A DNA stretch of 64,000 nucleotides from Phycisphaeraceae bacterium (GTDB lineage: Bacteria; Planctomycetota; Phycisphaerae; Phycisphaerales; UBA1924): positions 1 through 64,000 of the forward strand of contig JACKHB010000004.1 in assembly GCA_020639195.1 (NCBI GenBank), read 5' to 3'. Below the pieces are notes generated by a model, which did no database searches, had not been told where the DNA came from, and worked only from the letters and a program-made list of their open reading frames with translations. Positions 55,923 to 64,000 of this stretch are shown piece after piece. Positions within the stretch are counted from its first letter, which is position 1. Each line of letters starts with the position of its first letter. The translations under genes were made by a program, and so were the position numbers.

Positions 55923-56576
55923 ATGATCGCGCGCATTACGGGCACGTTGGCCGGGGTTTCCGAGGGCATCGCGCAAATCCGGCCGGACGGGTCGGGGGTG
56001 ACCTTCGAGGTCTTGGTGCCGCCATACCTCGAGGTGGAACTGCGGACGGACGTCGGAAAGGACGTCTCGGTGACGACGTTTCTGTACCTGGAATCGCACG
56101 GGCAAGGCACAAGCTTTCTGCCGCGACTGCTCGGGTTTCGTGATCCGGTCGAGCGCCGGTTCTTCGAGTTGCTCACGACCGTGAAGGGCCTGGGGCATCG
56201 GCGCGCGCTGCGCGCGATGGCCGAGGAGCCGGCCTGGATCGCTCGCGCGATTCTGCACAAGGACGCCAAGTCGCTCACGAGGCTCCCCGAGATCGGAAAG
56301 CGGCTGGCGGAGACCATGCTCGTAGACCTGTCGGGCAAGGTGGAGCCGTTCCTCGGCGCGGTGGAGGCGGCCGACCTGGATCGCGCGAGCGTCGCGGAGT
56401 CCAAGGGCCTGAGCGAGGCGGCGCTCGAGGCGATCGCGGCGCTGGAATCGCTCGGAGAGAGCGGGGCGGAGGCCGAGCGGTTGGTGCGCCGGGCGATCGC
56501 CGGTGCTGGACACGACGCGGACAGTTCGGTGCTGGTCTCACAGGCCGTGCGGCTTCGGCACGAGCGGGGCCGCTGA
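55923..56576 (+). CDS. ruvA: Holliday junction branch-migration complex subunit RuvA
   Basis: MIARITGTL start, OB domain, HhH pairs (LTTVKGLGHRRALRAM) and C-terminal domain III. Confidence 0.8.
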   Translation: MIARITGTLAGVSEGIAQIRPDGSGVTFEVLVPPYLEVELRTDVGKDVSVTTFLYLESHGQGTSFLPRLLGFRDPVERRFFELLTTVKGLGHRRALRAMAEEPAWIARAILHKDAKSLTRLPEIGKRLAETMLVDLSGKVEPFLGAVEAADLDRASVAESKGLSEAALEAIAALESLGESGAEAERLVRRAIAGAGHDADSSVLVSQAVRLRHERGR

Positions 56577-56609
56577 ACACCTCGTCCCGACGGGCTCTAT
56601 CCTCTCCCG

Positions 56610-57710
56610 ATGGAGCGATTCGTGATGATCATGGCCGGGGGCGCGGGAGTGCGCCTGTGGCCGCTGAGCAGGGCGGGGCATCCGAAGCAACTGCTGCCCA
56701 TCGTCCCGCGCGGGGGAGCGAACCGCTCGCTGTTGGACCTTGCGGTGGAGCGGGCGCAATCGCTCGTGCCGATCGATCGCGTGCTGGTGTGCACCGGCGA
56801 GGCGTATCGAGGCTCGATTCTCGCGACGGTCCCATCGCTTGGAGATTCCCAGATTCTCGGCGAGCCCTGCGGACGGGACACGCTCAACGCGGTGGCTCTG
56901 ACGGCGGCTGTGCTGGAGCGGGAACACCCAGACGCGGCGTTCGCGGTCCTGACGGCGGATCACGTGATCGAGCCGATGGAGACGTTTCGGGCGGTCATGG
57001 AGACGGGGTTTTCGCTGGTCGCGCGGGATCCGCGGCGACTGGTGACGTTTGGAATCCGCCCGAGCCACGCGGCGACGGGGTATGGCTACGTTCGTCGCGG
57101 CGCTGCACTGCACGGGTTCGCGGGCGCTTCGACCGTGGCGGAGTTCGTCGAGAAGCCCGACGCCCAGACGGCTCATCGCTACCTTGAGAGCGGGGATTAT
57201 TCTTGGAACAGCGGGATGTTCGTGCTGCGCGCCGCCCCATTCCTAGAGGCCGTAAGGCGATTCCAGCCCGAGGCGTACTCAGGGATCCGCGAGGTCCAGC
57301 GGGCGTGGGACACGCCCCACCGCGGCGAGGTGCTCGCGCGCATCTACCCGACGCTCCCGAAGATCAGCATCGATTACGCGATCATGGAACCCGCGTCGCG
57401 ATCCGCGGAGTTCGCCGTGTGCACGGTCGAAATGTCGCTGTCGTGGCTGGATGTGGGGTCGTGGCCCAGCCTGGCCGAGACGATCACGCCGGATGAGTCC
57501 GGCAATCGGATCGCCGGGGAGGGCGGCGTGTGTGCGCTCGATTCTCGCGGATGCCTGGTCGTGCAGGAGGGTTCCGGGCACACGATCGCGCTGCTCGGGT
57601 GCGAGGGGTTGGCGATCGTGAGGACGCCCGGGGCAACGCTCGTGATGCCCCTGGAGCGAGCGCAGGATCTGAAGGGGCTGCACGGGATCATCCCGCCGGA
57701 GTTGCAGTAG
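56610..57710 (+). CDS. manC: mannose-1-phosphate guanylyltransferase (GDP-mannose pyrophosphorylase)
   Basis: N-terminal MIMAGGAGVRLWPLS nucleotidyltransferase signature and a 366-aa ManC/CpsB-like body. Confidence 0.75.
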   Translation: MERFVMIMAGGAGVRLWPLSRAGHPKQLLPIVPRGGANRSLLDLAVERAQSLVPIDRVLVCTGEAYRGSILATVPSLGDSQILGEPCGRDTLNAVALTAAVLEREHPDAAFAVLTADHVIEPMETFRAVMETGFSLVARDPRRLVTFGIRPSHAATGYGYVRRGAALHGFAGASTVAEFVEKPDAQTAHRYLESGDYSWNSGMFVLRAAPFLEAVRRFQPEAYSGIREVQRAWDTPHRGEVLARIYPTLPKISIDYAIMEPASRSAEFAVCTVEMSLSWLDVGSWPSLAETITPDESGNRIAGEGGVCALDSRGCLVVQEGSGHTIALLGCEGLAIVRTPGATLVMPLERAQDLKGLHGIIPPELQ

Positions 57711-57712
57711 CC

Positions 57713-58180
57713 GTGGCGCGCCGCTTCCTGGCCATCGATCTGGGCGACAAGCGTACCGGCCTGGCGATTGCGGACGACGCGACTCGCATCGCGGCTCCGC
57801 TGGCTGTGCTCGAGATCCCGTTCCAGGGCGATGGGAATCGGCTGATCAAAGCGATCGAAGAGACTCTTGAGGAGAGTCTCGCGCCATCGGATGAGATCGT
57901 TGTCGGCGTGCCATTGAACATGGACGGGAGCGCGGGACCGGCGGCCAAGCGGGCGCGAGAGTTCGCGAACCGTCTGGCAGCGCGAACTGGACGGCGCGTG
58001 CACGAGGTTGATGAGCGTCTGACGACGGCGGACGCGGATTGGTCGTTGGCCCGGTCTGGGCTGACGCACGGTCAGAAGAAGGCGCGTCGGGACGCGATCG
58101 CCGCGGCGGCAATCTTGCGGGAATTCCTGGCCGGCTCGCAGATCACGGAGGCGGGGGCAGGGCCAGACGATCGATCTTGA
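57713..58180 (+). CDS. ruvX: Holliday junction resolvase-like protein RuvX/YqgF
   Basis: FLAIDLGDKRTGLAIAD and VGVPLNMDGS RNase-H-like motifs. GTG at 57713 is 2 nt after the manC stop. Confidence 0.7.
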   Translation: MARRFLAIDLGDKRTGLAIADDATRIAAPLAVLEIPFQGDGNRLIKAIEETLEESLAPSDEIVVGVPLNMDGSAGPAAKRAREFANRLAARTGRRVHEVDERLTTADADWSLARSGLTHGQKKARRDAIAAAAILREFLAGSQITEAGAGPDDRS

Positions 58181-58284
58181 TGTCACTGGCTTGTCACGGG
58201 AGAGCGGCCAGGGCGGGTTTGGGCGTCAGAGTGCAACATTGGGCGGGCGGCGACGATTCATCTGGTCGGACAAGGAGGTAGGCC

Positions 58285-59202
58285 ATGCTTGGACTGCTCA
58301 GGCTGGTATCGGTGATGGTGGCCGGGGTGCTGGCGGGACTCGAGCCGCCCACGACCGGCATTTCGAGCGAGGAGCCGAGTCCGGACGTTTTGGACACCGG
58401 ATTGCCCGCACAGCCCGCGTCGGCTGAGGCTCAGGCGCACGATCTTGAATTCACGACCGCCGACAATCTGCTCGCGGCGCTTGAGCAGGTCGGCTCGGAC
58501 ATTCGCACGCTTCGCGCTCCCATTCGGCAGGTGAAGGTGTTCGCCTTCGAGGGCGATGAGCAGGTGCGGACCGGAACTCTGTATTACCAGAACCAGCCGG
58601 GCGAGGGCGATGAGTCGGGCGCGGTCCGGAAGTTCGCCGTGGAGTTCGAGACCTTGGAATTCGGATCTCGAATCGAACGCGACGACCAGCGAACGTATGT
58701 GTTCGACGGGGAATGGCTGGTGGAGAAGCTGCATCGGGACAAGCAGTTCTTCAAACGGCAGGTGGTGCCGCCCGGTCAGTCGTTCGATCCGCTGCGCATC
58801 GGCGAGGGGCCGTTCCCGATTCCGATCGGGCAGAAGCGAGAGGACATCCTCGAGCGGTTCGAGGCGGAGTTGTGGGATCCTCAGCGCGGCCTCGCGGAGA
58901 TCGATCCGGTGCTGGAGTCCTGGGTGGCGTCCAAGCCGACGTATCAGCTCCGTCTGGCGCCCCGCCCGGAGTACGCGGAGGACTTCGACCTGGTCGAGAT
59001 CCGCCTGTGGTACCTGCGGGACGGGTTGCTGCCGCGGATGGCATGGACACGCAACCGGGATGGCAATGAGACGGTCGTGCAACTGCTGGGAAGCGCCCTG
59101 AATGGACCGCTGCCAGAGCGAGCGATGGACACGTCCACGCCGAGCCGGGGATGGGATGTCGAGATCACGCCATGGCGCGGTCACATCGAGGATGAGCGAT
59201 GA
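58285..59202 (+). CDS. exported LolA-like (outer-membrane lipoprotein carrier-fold) protein
   Basis: Signal peptide. LolA-like pattern TGTLYYQNQPG...FDGEWLVEKLHRDKQFFKRQVVP. AAGGAGG RBS before the ATG at 58285. Confidence 0.45.
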   Translation: MLGLLRLVSVMVAGVLAGLEPPTTGISSEEPSPDVLDTGLPAQPASAEAQAHDLEFTTADNLLAALEQVGSDIRTLRAPIRQVKVFAFEGDEQVRTGTLYYQNQPGEGDESGAVRKFAVEFETLEFGSRIERDDQRTYVFDGEWLVEKLHRDKQFFKRQVVPPGQSFDPLRIGEGPFPIPIGQKREDILERFEAELWDPQRGLAEIDPVLESWVASKPTYQLRLAPRPEYAEDFDLVEIRLWYLRDGLLPRMAWTRNRDGNETVVQLLGSALNGPLPERAMDTSTPSRGWDVEITPWRGHIEDER

Positions 59203-61826
59203 GTCGCCGGTGGATCGCCTGGACCGCGGGGCTCGCGCTGGTCGGGTCGGCGGCGGCGCAGCCCGAGGCTCCCGGGCTTCCGTCGGCGGAGTTATCGCCG
59301 GCGGTCGTTCGAGCGCTGGAGGCGCCGTATCTGACAGAGGATGAGCGGCGCGAGGCGCGGATCCGGCATGGAGCATGGGAGGCGGGAGATCTCGACACGC
59401 CAGCCAGGACGGCCCGCGCCGCGCTGCAGCGCGGCGCGTTTGACCATCCTTCGTTCACGGATCGATCTGTCGATCCCCGGGACAGGGCGGAGGCGGCGAT
59501 CGGGCGCGGCGAGCTGCGGCGGGCGCTTGAGCTGCTCGGAGCGGAGGGCGATGTTCGCTCGCTGCGGCTTCGTGCGCAGGTGCTGGCCGGGCTTGGACGC
59601 ATGGAAGAGGCCGACCGAACGCTCGATGGCCTCGTCGCGGCGCTGCAAGCGCGGGTCGTCTCGGCGCCGGAGCTCGCCGAGGGTGTGGCGGGGCTAATGC
59701 TGCGCGAGCGGCTCGCCGGAACGCGCCGGCGGGTGGAGGGTGAGGAGGAGCAGCGGGAGGGCGTGCGGGCGGACTTTGAGACGATGGTGCAGCTTCTGGC
59801 CCGCGCGCGGGACGAGCTGGACCGCATCGGTTGGGAGTCGCGCGTCGTCGAGGCGGAACTGCTGTACGAGAAGCACAATCGCGCGCAGGCGATCGAGGCG
59901 GCGATCGAGGTTCTGGGCCTCAACACCGGCTGTGCGCGGGCGTGGGCGCTCTTGGGTCGCGCGAGCGTGGATAGCTTCGATTTTTCGCGCGCCGTGCTGG
60001 TCGCCGAACGGCTTGACGAGTTGGCCGGGTCGGTGGAGGGCGGCGCGGGTGGTGCGAGCATGCTGGGCGATCTGGTGCGCGCGAGGGAACGGATCCGCCA
60101 GCGAGACCCCGACGGCGCCGCGGCGGTCCTGGATGGTCTGTTGTCGCGGTTTCCACGCCATCGCGAGGCGGTGGCGCTGCGGGCCGCGGCGAGCGCGGTG
60201 GCGTTTGAGGATGACGCGCTGGCCGAGTGGCTCTCTCGCTTTGATGAGTTGAGCCCCGGCGCCCCCGGGGCGTTGTTCGAGGTGGGCGCTGCGCTGTCGG
60301 AGGCGCGACAGTACACGGAGGCGGCCGATTTCCTCAAGCGGGCGAGCGATCGCCTCCCCGCATGGCCAGAGCCCTTGATCGAGCTGGGGCTTCTGGAGAT
60401 GCAGTCCGGACGCGATCTCGCGGCGCGAGACGCCCTCGTGCGCGCGACGAGGCTCGACCCCTTCAACGCACGGGCCGAGAACAGCCTGAAGCTGATCGTT
60501 GAGCTGCTCGCGTACTCGACGGTCGAGAGCCCGCACTTTGTCGTGCGGTTCCGGCCGGGGATCGACGAGATGCTCGCCCGGGAGATGCTCCCCACGCTCG
60601 AGACGATCCACTCGCGAGTCAGCGGTGTCGCGGGCATCGACCACGAACCCGCGCAGAAGACGGTGATCGAGCTGATGCCGGATCACCGGTGGTTCAGCGT
60701 GCGGATCACCGGGATGCCAGGCGTGCACACGATGGCCGCGAGCACGGGGCCCGTCATCGCGATGGAATCGCCCCGCGAGGGGCCGGGCCACGAGATCGGG
60801 GAGTACGACTGGGCGCGGGTGATTCAGCATGAGTACACGCACACGGTGACGCTCAGCCGGACTCACAACCGCATTCCGCACTGGTTCACCGAGGCGGCGG
60901 CGGTGTACATGGAGCATGCGCCCCGCTCGTGGGACTGGTGCCAGCTGCTGGCGCAGGCGTATCACACGGGCACACTGTTCGACCTCGATGAGATCAGCCT
61001 GCGGTTCGTGCGCCCGATCAAGCCGATGGATCGGACGCAGGCGTACGCGCAGGGGCACTGGATGTACGAGTTCATTGTTGAGACATTTGGCGAGCGTGCG
61101 CCGCTCGACCTGATGGACCGATACGCCGCGGGCCAGGGACAGGAAGAGGCGCTGGTCGGCGTGCTGGGAGTCGGCAAGGACGCGTTCATGGACCAGTTTC
61201 GCGTGTGGGCGCGGGAGGACCTGCGTCGCTGGGGCATGCTGTCGCCCGAGGGGATGCCGACGATCCACGAGTTGCGTCGCGAGTTCTTCTCGCGCCCCGA
61301 TGCTCCCGGCGACATCGACGACCAGACGTTGTCATCGTGGCTGGAGGCGTATCCAGCGCACCCAGACGTGCTGGAGATGGCGGCGAAGCGTGCGCTGGGG
61401 AAGGCGGAGGCGTCGCTGTCGGATGAGACCGTGGCCCTGCTCGAGCGATACTCGAGCGCCCGGCCTGTCGATCCGCTGCCTCGGCGGGCGCTGGTCAAGC
61501 ACTACCTGGCGATGGGCCGATCCGAGGCGGCGATCCCCCACCTGCGGTGGTTCGATGAGCGTGAGCAGACTTCACCTGCGTACGCGGCCGAGTTGGCCGT
61601 GCGCTTGTCCACGCTGGGTCGGGCCGCGGAGGGACTCGATCGAGCCGAGCGAGCGACGCGGTGCGCTCCGTTTGACGCCTCGCTACGCGAGTTGGCCGCG
61701 CGGACGGCGCTGCTTGCGGGCGATCGCGTCGCGGCCCGTCGGCATCTGTCGGCGCTCACGGTGATCGAGCCGGATCGAGAGGTGCATCAGCGGAGACTGG
61801 AGGCGTTGGACCGGCTTGGCGGATAG
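59199..61826 (+). CDS. exported TPR-repeat protein with an HExxH (peptidase-MA-like) zinc-binding motif
   Basis: Signal peptide and multiple TPR-like helices. QHEYTHTV with a downstream Glu about 25 aa away (EAAAVYMEH). ATGA overlap with the upstream LolA-like gene. Confidence 0.5.
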   Translation: MSRRWIAWTAGLALVGSAAAQPEAPGLPSAELSPAVVRALEAPYLTEDERREARIRHGAWEAGDLDTPARTARAALQRGAFDHPSFTDRSVDPRDRAEAAIGRGELRRALELLGAEGDVRSLRLRAQVLAGLGRMEEADRTLDGLVAALQARVVSAPELAEGVAGLMLRERLAGTRRRVEGEEEQREGVRADFETMVQLLARARDELDRIGWESRVVEAELLYEKHNRAQAIEAAIEVLGLNTGCARAWALLGRASVDSFDFSRAVLVAERLDELAGSVEGGAGGASMLGDLVRARERIRQRDPDGAAAVLDGLLSRFPRHREAVALRAAASAVAFEDDALAEWLSRFDELSPGAPGALFEVGAALSEARQYTEAADFLKRASDRLPAWPEPLIELGLLEMQSGRDLAARDALVRATRLDPFNARAENSLKLIVELLAYSTVESPHFVVRFRPGIDEMLAREMLPTLETIHSRVSGVAGIDHEPAQKTVIELMPDHRWFSVRITGMPGVHTMAASTGPVIAMESPREGPGHEIGEYDWARVIQHEYTHTVTLSRTHNRIPHWFTEAAAVYMEHAPRSWDWCQLLAQAYHTGTLFDLDEISLRFVRPIKPMDRTQAYAQGHWMYEFIVETFGERAPLDLMDRYAAGQGQEEALVGVLGVGKDAFMDQFRVWAREDLRRWGMLSPEGMPTIHELRREFFSRPDAPGDIDDQTLSSWLEAYPAHPDVLEMAAKRALGKAEASLSDETVALLERYSSARPVDPLPRRALVKHYLAMGRSEAAIPHLRWFDEREQTSPAYAAELAVRLSTLGRAAEGLDRAERATRCAPFDASLRELAARTALLAGDRVAARRHLSALTVIEPDREVHQRRLEALDRLGG

Positions 61827-61855
61827 AAAAACCCCCGGCCGTGCCCGACCGGGGG
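61826..61855 (-). terminator. rho-independent terminator for the minus-strand PEP-CTERM gene
   Basis: Stem CCCCCGG/CCGGGGG with a plus-side A-run (gatagaaaaa), giving a UUUUUC tract on the minus strand. Confidence 0.55.
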
Positions 61856-61880
61856 TGAGGAGGAGAGGCGGGGCTGTTGA

Positions 61881-62960
61881 TCAGCGACGGCGACGAGCGG
61901 CGGCGAGGCCGGCAACGCCGATCAGCGCCATGCTGGACGGAGCCGGGATGATGTAGAAGGCTCCGAAGTCGAAGTTTTCGATGACCTGGACGAGGCCGCT
62001 TCCGTCGGTGTTGACCTGCCACAGCGAGTCGCTGAACACGTTGGAGAACATCACGGTGTCGTTGTAGGGGTTGTAGCGGACGCCGCCGGGCCGGTCCGCG
62101 TCAAACCCCGTGACGAGGTTGTCGATGCCGGCGAAATCGCCGTTGCCATCGACGTGCACGACCCAGATATCGCCCTCGCCGTCGGCGACGTAGAGATCGC
62201 CGTTGTTAGGGTTGATGTCGATCGAGCGGGCGAATGTGATGGGGTCGGCAAGGCCGGTGACGCCGGTGTCGGAGAGGTCGACCAGCAGCGATTCGGTGCC
62301 GGCGAGCGTGTTGGGGTCGATGCTCAGACGGTGGATGGTGCTGCCGAAGTTGCGGTCCGGCGGCTGGAGGCCGCCGTTGGGATCGTTGTAGATGCCGCCG
62401 TTGAGGGCGACGACGAAGTAGTCGCTGGAGTTGATGTCGTGGACCAGATCGTTGGCGCGGCGCCAGAAGGGGCGAGTCTGTCCGCCCGGCTCCTCGTAGA
62501 TGTCGGTGATCGCGCCGCCGGCCGTGTTGACGCCGATGACGCCGAAGTACTTGGGATCGGGATGGTCGGAGGTGGGCTTGGCGACGGTCACGAGATGGCC
62601 GAGCGCCGCGTCGTAACGGAGGCTGGACTCGGTGAAACGGGAGTCGCCCTGCGCCAGGAACGACGCGCTGGGAACCCCGAAGAGGTTGTCGATCTGGATG
62701 ATGCCCGCCTCGTTGGGGTTGGTCGGCGGGAAGGGGCTGTTGTCCATGTACCAGCGGCCGCCGTTGCGGTCGATGGACAGGATCCGAGTGTCGGGATCGG
62801 CGAACGTGTGCAGGGTCTGCACGCTCGAAGCGGGAGGCCCTCCGGGAACGTTGATGAGCTTGAGCGAGACGTCGGAGTTGTCGAACGCGACGACGGAGTA
62901 CTGCGCTGACGCCGCGGTGGCCAGTCCGGCCGAGAGTACGATTGCCAACTTCATTCGCAT
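61881..62960 (-). CDS. PEP-CTERM sorting-domain secreted protein with a beta-propeller-like repeat body
   Basis: Signal peptide MRMKLAIVLSAGLATAASAQ (GAGGGAG RBS upstream of 62960). Repetitive D/N/G-rich body. C-terminal IPAPSSMALIGVAGLAAARRRR. Confidence 0.65.
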   Translation of the reverse strand: MRMKLAIVLSAGLATAASAQYSVVAFDNSDVSLKLINVPGGPPASSVQTLHTFADPDTRILSIDRNGGRWYMDNSPFPPTNPNEAGIIQIDNLFGVPSASFLAQGDSRFTESSLRYDAALGHLVTVAKPTSDHPDPKYFGVIGVNTAGGAITDIYEEPGGQTRPFWRRANDLVHDINSSDYFVVALNGGIYNDPNGGLQPPDRNFGSTIHRLSIDPNTLAGTESLLVDLSDTGVTGLADPITFARSIDINPNNGDLYVADGEGDIWVVHVDGNGDFAGIDNLVTGFDADRPGGVRYNPYNDTVMFSNVFSDSLWQVNTDGSGLVQVIENFDFGAFYIIPAPSSMALIGVAGLAAARRRR

Positions 62961-63239
62961 TGATTCACTCCCTCTATGGTTTTCGATTCGTTCCAGAGCG
63001 TCCTGTCTGTCTCTACACAAGCGCTTCCACGGCGGAAACGCCGCGAACACTTCGATCCGACACCCCCTTGCGACGGCCGGTCGGCCGGGCACGGCACCGA
63101 GATGGAGTCACTTGTCTCCCCGTTGATACTGTATGTGATGAGCCGTTGCCCTCCAATGCAATGACTCAAAAAAGCCCTCACAGAGCGCCAAAGCGGGATC
63201 TGGCCAGCCCAGGCCCGCGCGTTTTTTCGAGACGTCCTC

Positions 63240-64000
63240 ATGACGAGCGGTCCTTCCGCAGCGGGAACATCTGTGGGTTCGTCCCAGAACCTGAACCGGA
63301 TTCGTGCTTGTGTTTTGATCGGGTGTCACAGCCTTGTGGATTACTTGTCGTTTATGGTCATCCCCCTGATTCCCGTGCTGGAGGCTCGGCTGCAACTGTC
63401 TGGGGCGCAGGGGGCTGCGCTCGTCGCCGCGGGGGCCTTGTCTTCGGGGCTTGGGCAACCTGTCGCCGCGTGGCTCAGCGATCGGTTCGATACGCGCGTG
63501 CCGGGGATCGTGGGACTGGTACTGGCTGCGGTGGCACTGACGCGGCTTGGATCGTGCGAAACGTACGGCCAGTTGATCGGAGTGCAGATGGTGGGGATGC
63601 TGGGAGTGGGCATTTTCCATCCGGTCGCGGTGGCTTGTGTTGGCCAGCTCGGTCAGCGCCGTCGGGCAAGGATCGTTTCGATTTTCTTTCTCGCGGGGTT
63701 GTTCGGCGGGGTGCTGGGAAGCACGACGGTGCCTCCCTGGGTGGATCGATCCGGACTTCGAGCGCTCGAGTGGATCCAGATCCCGGGTCTGATCGGCGTG
63801 GTCGTGCTGGCGTGGGCGATTCTGCGAATGCCGCACCGTCATCATGGATCAGGGGATGACCACGCGCGGCTGCCGCGAGAGGACCGGAGGGAGCGCTGGT
63901 GGGCGTTGGGCGTGCTGTTCGCGGGCGCGATGGCGCGGTACGTGGTGAACATGATGCTGGCGGTGCTGGTCGTTCGATGGTGCGAACGGCTGGTGATGCG
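63240..64000 (+). CDS. MFS transporter (5' partial, continues beyond the window)
   Basis: Translation from the ATG at 63240 gives consecutive TM helices with MFS-like loops and no stop before the window end. Not in the ORF track. Confidence 0.5.
   Translation, partial: MTSGPSAAGTSVGSSQNLNRIRACVLIGCHSLVDYLSFMVIPLIPVLEARLQLSGAQGAALVAAGALSSGLGQPVAAWLSDRFDTRVPGIVGLVLAAVALTRLGSCETYGQLIGVQMVGMLGVGIFHPVAVACVGQLGQRRRARIVSIFFLAGLFGGVLGSTTVPPWVDRSGLRALEWIQIPGLIGVVVLAWAILRMPHRHHGSGDDHARLPREDRRERWWALGVLFAGAMARYVVNMMLAVLVVRWCERLVM

Noticed and set aside
63108-63845. 245-aa minus-strand ORF
   Set aside because: Antisense to the MFS transporter gene, which shows clear TM periodicity on the plus strand.

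Overview
This is a high-GC (~68%) bacterial chromosomal window, densely coding on both strands. The gene content (Alternative Complex III next to a caa3 oxidase, DUF1800/DUF1501 pairs, an ECF sigma factor coupled to a Ser/Thr kinase, PEP-CTERM proteins, a histone H1-like protein, ftsW-murG) points to Planctomycetota/PVC-like, but this is inference only. I see no transposase, integrase or CRISPR array. The six-frame track appears to render GTG/TTG starts as M (e.g. 4890, 22442, 50406). The dominant feature is a 13-gene respiratory operon on the minus strand (22460 to 7198): actABCDEF, a small ActG-like membrane protein, a SCO copper chaperone, ctaC-ctaD-ctaE-ctaF and a terminal two-TM unknown, with ATGA/TGATG start-stop overlaps at five junctions. 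A heme A synthase gene is divergent from it. Other units: SPFH protein, a degenerate tRNA-Arg(ACG)-like gene, polX, an overlapping ECF-sigma/Ser-Thr-kinase pair, a divergent PilZ and PilZ-J-domain pair, fur-ftsW-murG, a histone H1-like gene in a lower-GC island, tsaE, a ComM/YifB-type ATPase, ftsK with an acidic 45-bp tandem-repeat tail, a Met-rich exported protein, folP-trxA, an S1-domain protein, two PEP-CTERM proteins, dut, a capD-like gene, ruvA-manC-ruvX, a LolA-like/TPR-HExxH pair and an MFS transporter 5' fragment. I found no single striking novel system. The most unusual items are the PilZ-J-domain fusion, the acidic repeat tail of FtsK, the Met-rich secreted protein, the tRNA-like gene with a non-pairing acceptor stem, and the uncharacterised accessory genes of the ACIII-caa3 operon. 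Gene-start coordinates were checked by hand against the sequence, but several (ctaA, sco, the S1 protein, the PilZ-J protein) remain uncertain.
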